From positions 7,132 through 31,131 of the forward strand of contig DAOUGI010000022.1 in the NCBI GenBank assembly GCA_034429215.1: a stretch of DNA of 24,000 bases, written 5' to 3'. Under the pieces are notes generated by a model that saw only the letters and a program-made list of their open reading frames with translations, ran no database searches and was not told the origin of the DNA. The translations under genes were made by a program, and so were the position numbers. This DNA is from Anaerolineae bacterium. GTDB lineage: Bacteria; Chloroflexota; Anaerolineae; JAAYZQ01. This document shows, in pieces, positions 22,568 through 24,000 of this stretch; positions within the stretch are counted from its first letter, which is position 1; the number at the start of each line of letters is the position of its first letter.

Positions 22568-23899
22568 TCACAAACCTCTCAGTCTTGGATTTGAGATACG
22601 GTCCAGGGCAAATCCCACCATGGCAAAGGCGAGTCCGGTCAGGATCAGCAGGACCGAAGGCTCCAACACCCAATAGTATTGCTTCTGAAACAGCGCGCCG
22701 TTGGTGTAAGCATCGTTGATCGCCTTGCCCCAGGTTGGCAGGACAGGATCGCCCAACCCCAGCACCGCCAGCGACGCCTCAAGAAAAACAAAGCTGGGGA
22801 TCAGGACGACCAGTTGAGGAACCAACATCGGCACAACGCGCGGAGCCATGTAGCGAAGGATAATCCGCCAGTTGCCGGCGCCGTAGGCCCGGGCGGCCTC
22901 GATGTACGGCGCGTCCTTCACCTGGAGAAAGACGGCCCGGTAGGTCTTGATCTGGGCCCCAAAGATGTTCAGGATGATGACGACGCCCAGTATCAGCCAG
23001 ATACTGCGGGAATAAAAGGTGCCGATCATGATCAGGATCGGCAGAACGGGCAGGATCAGGTGCACCTCGGTGATGCGCTGAATGATGCCGTCCACCCAGC
23101 GGCCGAACCAGACGCCGATGGCAGCAAGAACCATAGTGCTGATAGTCGTGCCACAGGCAGCCAGGAGCCCAAAAGCCAGAGCTATCGGCGTGCCCCACAG
23201 CAAGGCCACGGTCAAGTCCCGGCGGCGGTGATCCGTCCCGGCCAGCCCGTAAACCTGCCCATGGAGCACGAGCTTGGCGTCCAGGTCGGCGTCCTTTTCG
23301 AACAGGCTGCCCACGATCCGCAGCTCGTAACGGCCTTTGAGGGCAACCGGCGTTTCAGCAGCCGGGTTGACAAACAATCCTTGCATGGTCGGCTGCCCCT
23401 TGAGCCGGCGCGTCAGACGGCCGTCCTGAGAAGCACGGTAGGTCTCATCCTGCGTGATCGAATAGTCGCCCATCCGGATCTCTCGGCCATCAGGGGTCAA
23501 CCACGACAAGGAAACGAGAGGCTGCTGCTCACTGTAGACGGCAGTGAAGTAGATGACAAGATCTTGTGGAAAGGCGTCATACGGGTAGTCGAAGGCGAAT
23601 GACATTGTCACATCGGTCAGCGCCGTCGAAACAGCCTTGACATCCTTGGCCGCCGAGCCATCCTGGCTGTTCAGGATGATCGTCTCCGGCAGCTTGGTTT
23701 TGGCGAACCAGTTGGTCCAGATCGGCCGGGCGTTCTTGGGGCTTTCGTGCCAGACATCTTCCCCGCCGCGCCACAACCGGATCGCTTCGTTATACGGCAT
23801 GGTAACCACCGTATAGATCGACAGGCCGACCAAGGCGGCGATGATCACCAAGCCAGTTATAGCGGATGGATAACGCGTGATTTCGCGGAATGTCTTCAT
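22568..23899 (-). CDS. ABC transporter permease, DppC/OppC-like, with a large extracytoplasmic insertion after TM1
   Basis: LAGTDHRRRDLTVALLWGTPIALAFG corresponds to the LGTDxxGRD motif. An EAA-loop region is present (YIEAARAYGAGNWRIILRYMAPRV). C-terminus ALDRISNPRLRG. About 170 extra residues lie between TM1 and the LGTD motif. Confidence 0.85.
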   Translation of the reverse strand: MKTFREITRYPSAITGLVIIAALVGLSIYTVVTMPYNEAIRLWRGGEDVWHESPKNARPIWTNWFAKTKLPETIILNSQDGSAAKDVKAVSTALTDVTMSFAFDYPYDAFPQDLVIYFTAVYSEQQPLVSLSWLTPDGREIRMGDYSITQDETYRASQDGRLTRRLKGQPTMQGLFVNPAAETPVALKGRYELRIVGSLFEKDADLDAKLVLHGQVYGLAGTDHRRRDLTVALLWGTPIALAFGLLAACGTTISTMVLAAIGVWFGRWVDGIIQRITEVHLILPVLPILIMIGTFYSRSIWLILGVVIILNIFGAQIKTYRAVFLQVKDAPYIEAARAYGAGNWRIILRYMAPRVVPMLVPQLVVLIPSFVFLEASLAVLGLGDPVLPTWGKAINDAYTNGALFQKQYYWVLEPSVLLILTGLAFAMVGFALDRISNPRLRGL

Positions 23900-24000
23900 A
23901 CTTTATGCCCTTCATCCCCGATTTTCACCCTGGGATCGACCAGGGCATAGATGAAATCGAGAAGAAAGACGGTGATCGCCAGAAGATAGGCATAGATCAC
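23896..24000 (-). CDS. ABC transporter permease, DppB/OppB-like, C-terminal 34 codons only (gene continues beyond window)
   Basis: My own minus-strand translation: VIYAYLLAITVFLLDFIYALVDPRVKIGDEGHKV*. The DxxYAxxDPRV ending is typical of DppB/OppB. Its TGA overlaps the next gene's start as ATGA. Confidence 0.7.
   Translation of the reverse strand: MIYAYLLAITVFLLDFIYALVDPRVKIGDEGHKV

Noticed and set aside
1-24000. Mobile-element boundaries (integrase, transposase, tRNA attachment site, long direct or inverted repeats) around the heliorhodopsin operon, along with CRISPR arrays, tRNA/rRNA genes and retinal-biosynthesis genes (blh, crt).
   Set aside because: No ORF shows a recombinase or transposase motif. 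I found no repeat arrays or tRNA-like structures in the short intergenic regions. No carotenoid or retinal pathway enzyme is recognisable. Absence within this window says nothing about the rest of the genome.

Overview
High-GC bacterial chromosomal segment. Gene content suggests a Chloroflexota/Anaerolineae-like monoderm, which is inference only. All calls rest on reading motifs in the supplied translations and DNA by eye; no searches were run. I call 22 CDSs (two cut by the window edges) and see no rRNA/tRNA genes, CRISPR arrays or mobile elements. Layout: (i) the 3' part of a hybrid sensor kinase (+, 2-2404). (ii) A six-gene minus-strand operon (7752 down to 2421) encoding a heliorhodopsin, a staygreen/SGR Mg-dechelatase homolog, DegV, a DUF1295 membrane protein, a CarH/LitR-type MerR-B12 photoreceptor-regulator with an extra C-terminal domain, and a TIGR01777/YfcH-type SDR. 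It is preceded by a near-consensus promoter (TTGACA-17 nt-TAAAAT, with TGG just upstream of the -10). The -35 lies inside two tandem 11-bp repeats that fit the CarH operator pattern nAnnTnnACAn. (iii) A ten-gene, tightly packed minus-strand cluster (18437 down to 7940) of small-molecule-modifying enzymes: five GNATs, an APH-like kinase, a SAM methyltransferase, an OYE flavoreductase, a GyrI-like/Cys-rich fusion and a beta-lactamase-fold lipoprotein. (iv) A divergent nitroreductase-dnaE unit (+). (v) The tail of a Dpp/Opp-type ABC permease operon (-). The headline candidate is (ii): two chemically different photoreceptors (retinal and adenosylcobalamin) in one apparently self-regulated transcription unit with a chlorophyll Mg-dechelatase homolog and lipid-handling proteins. 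I do not recall this system having been described.
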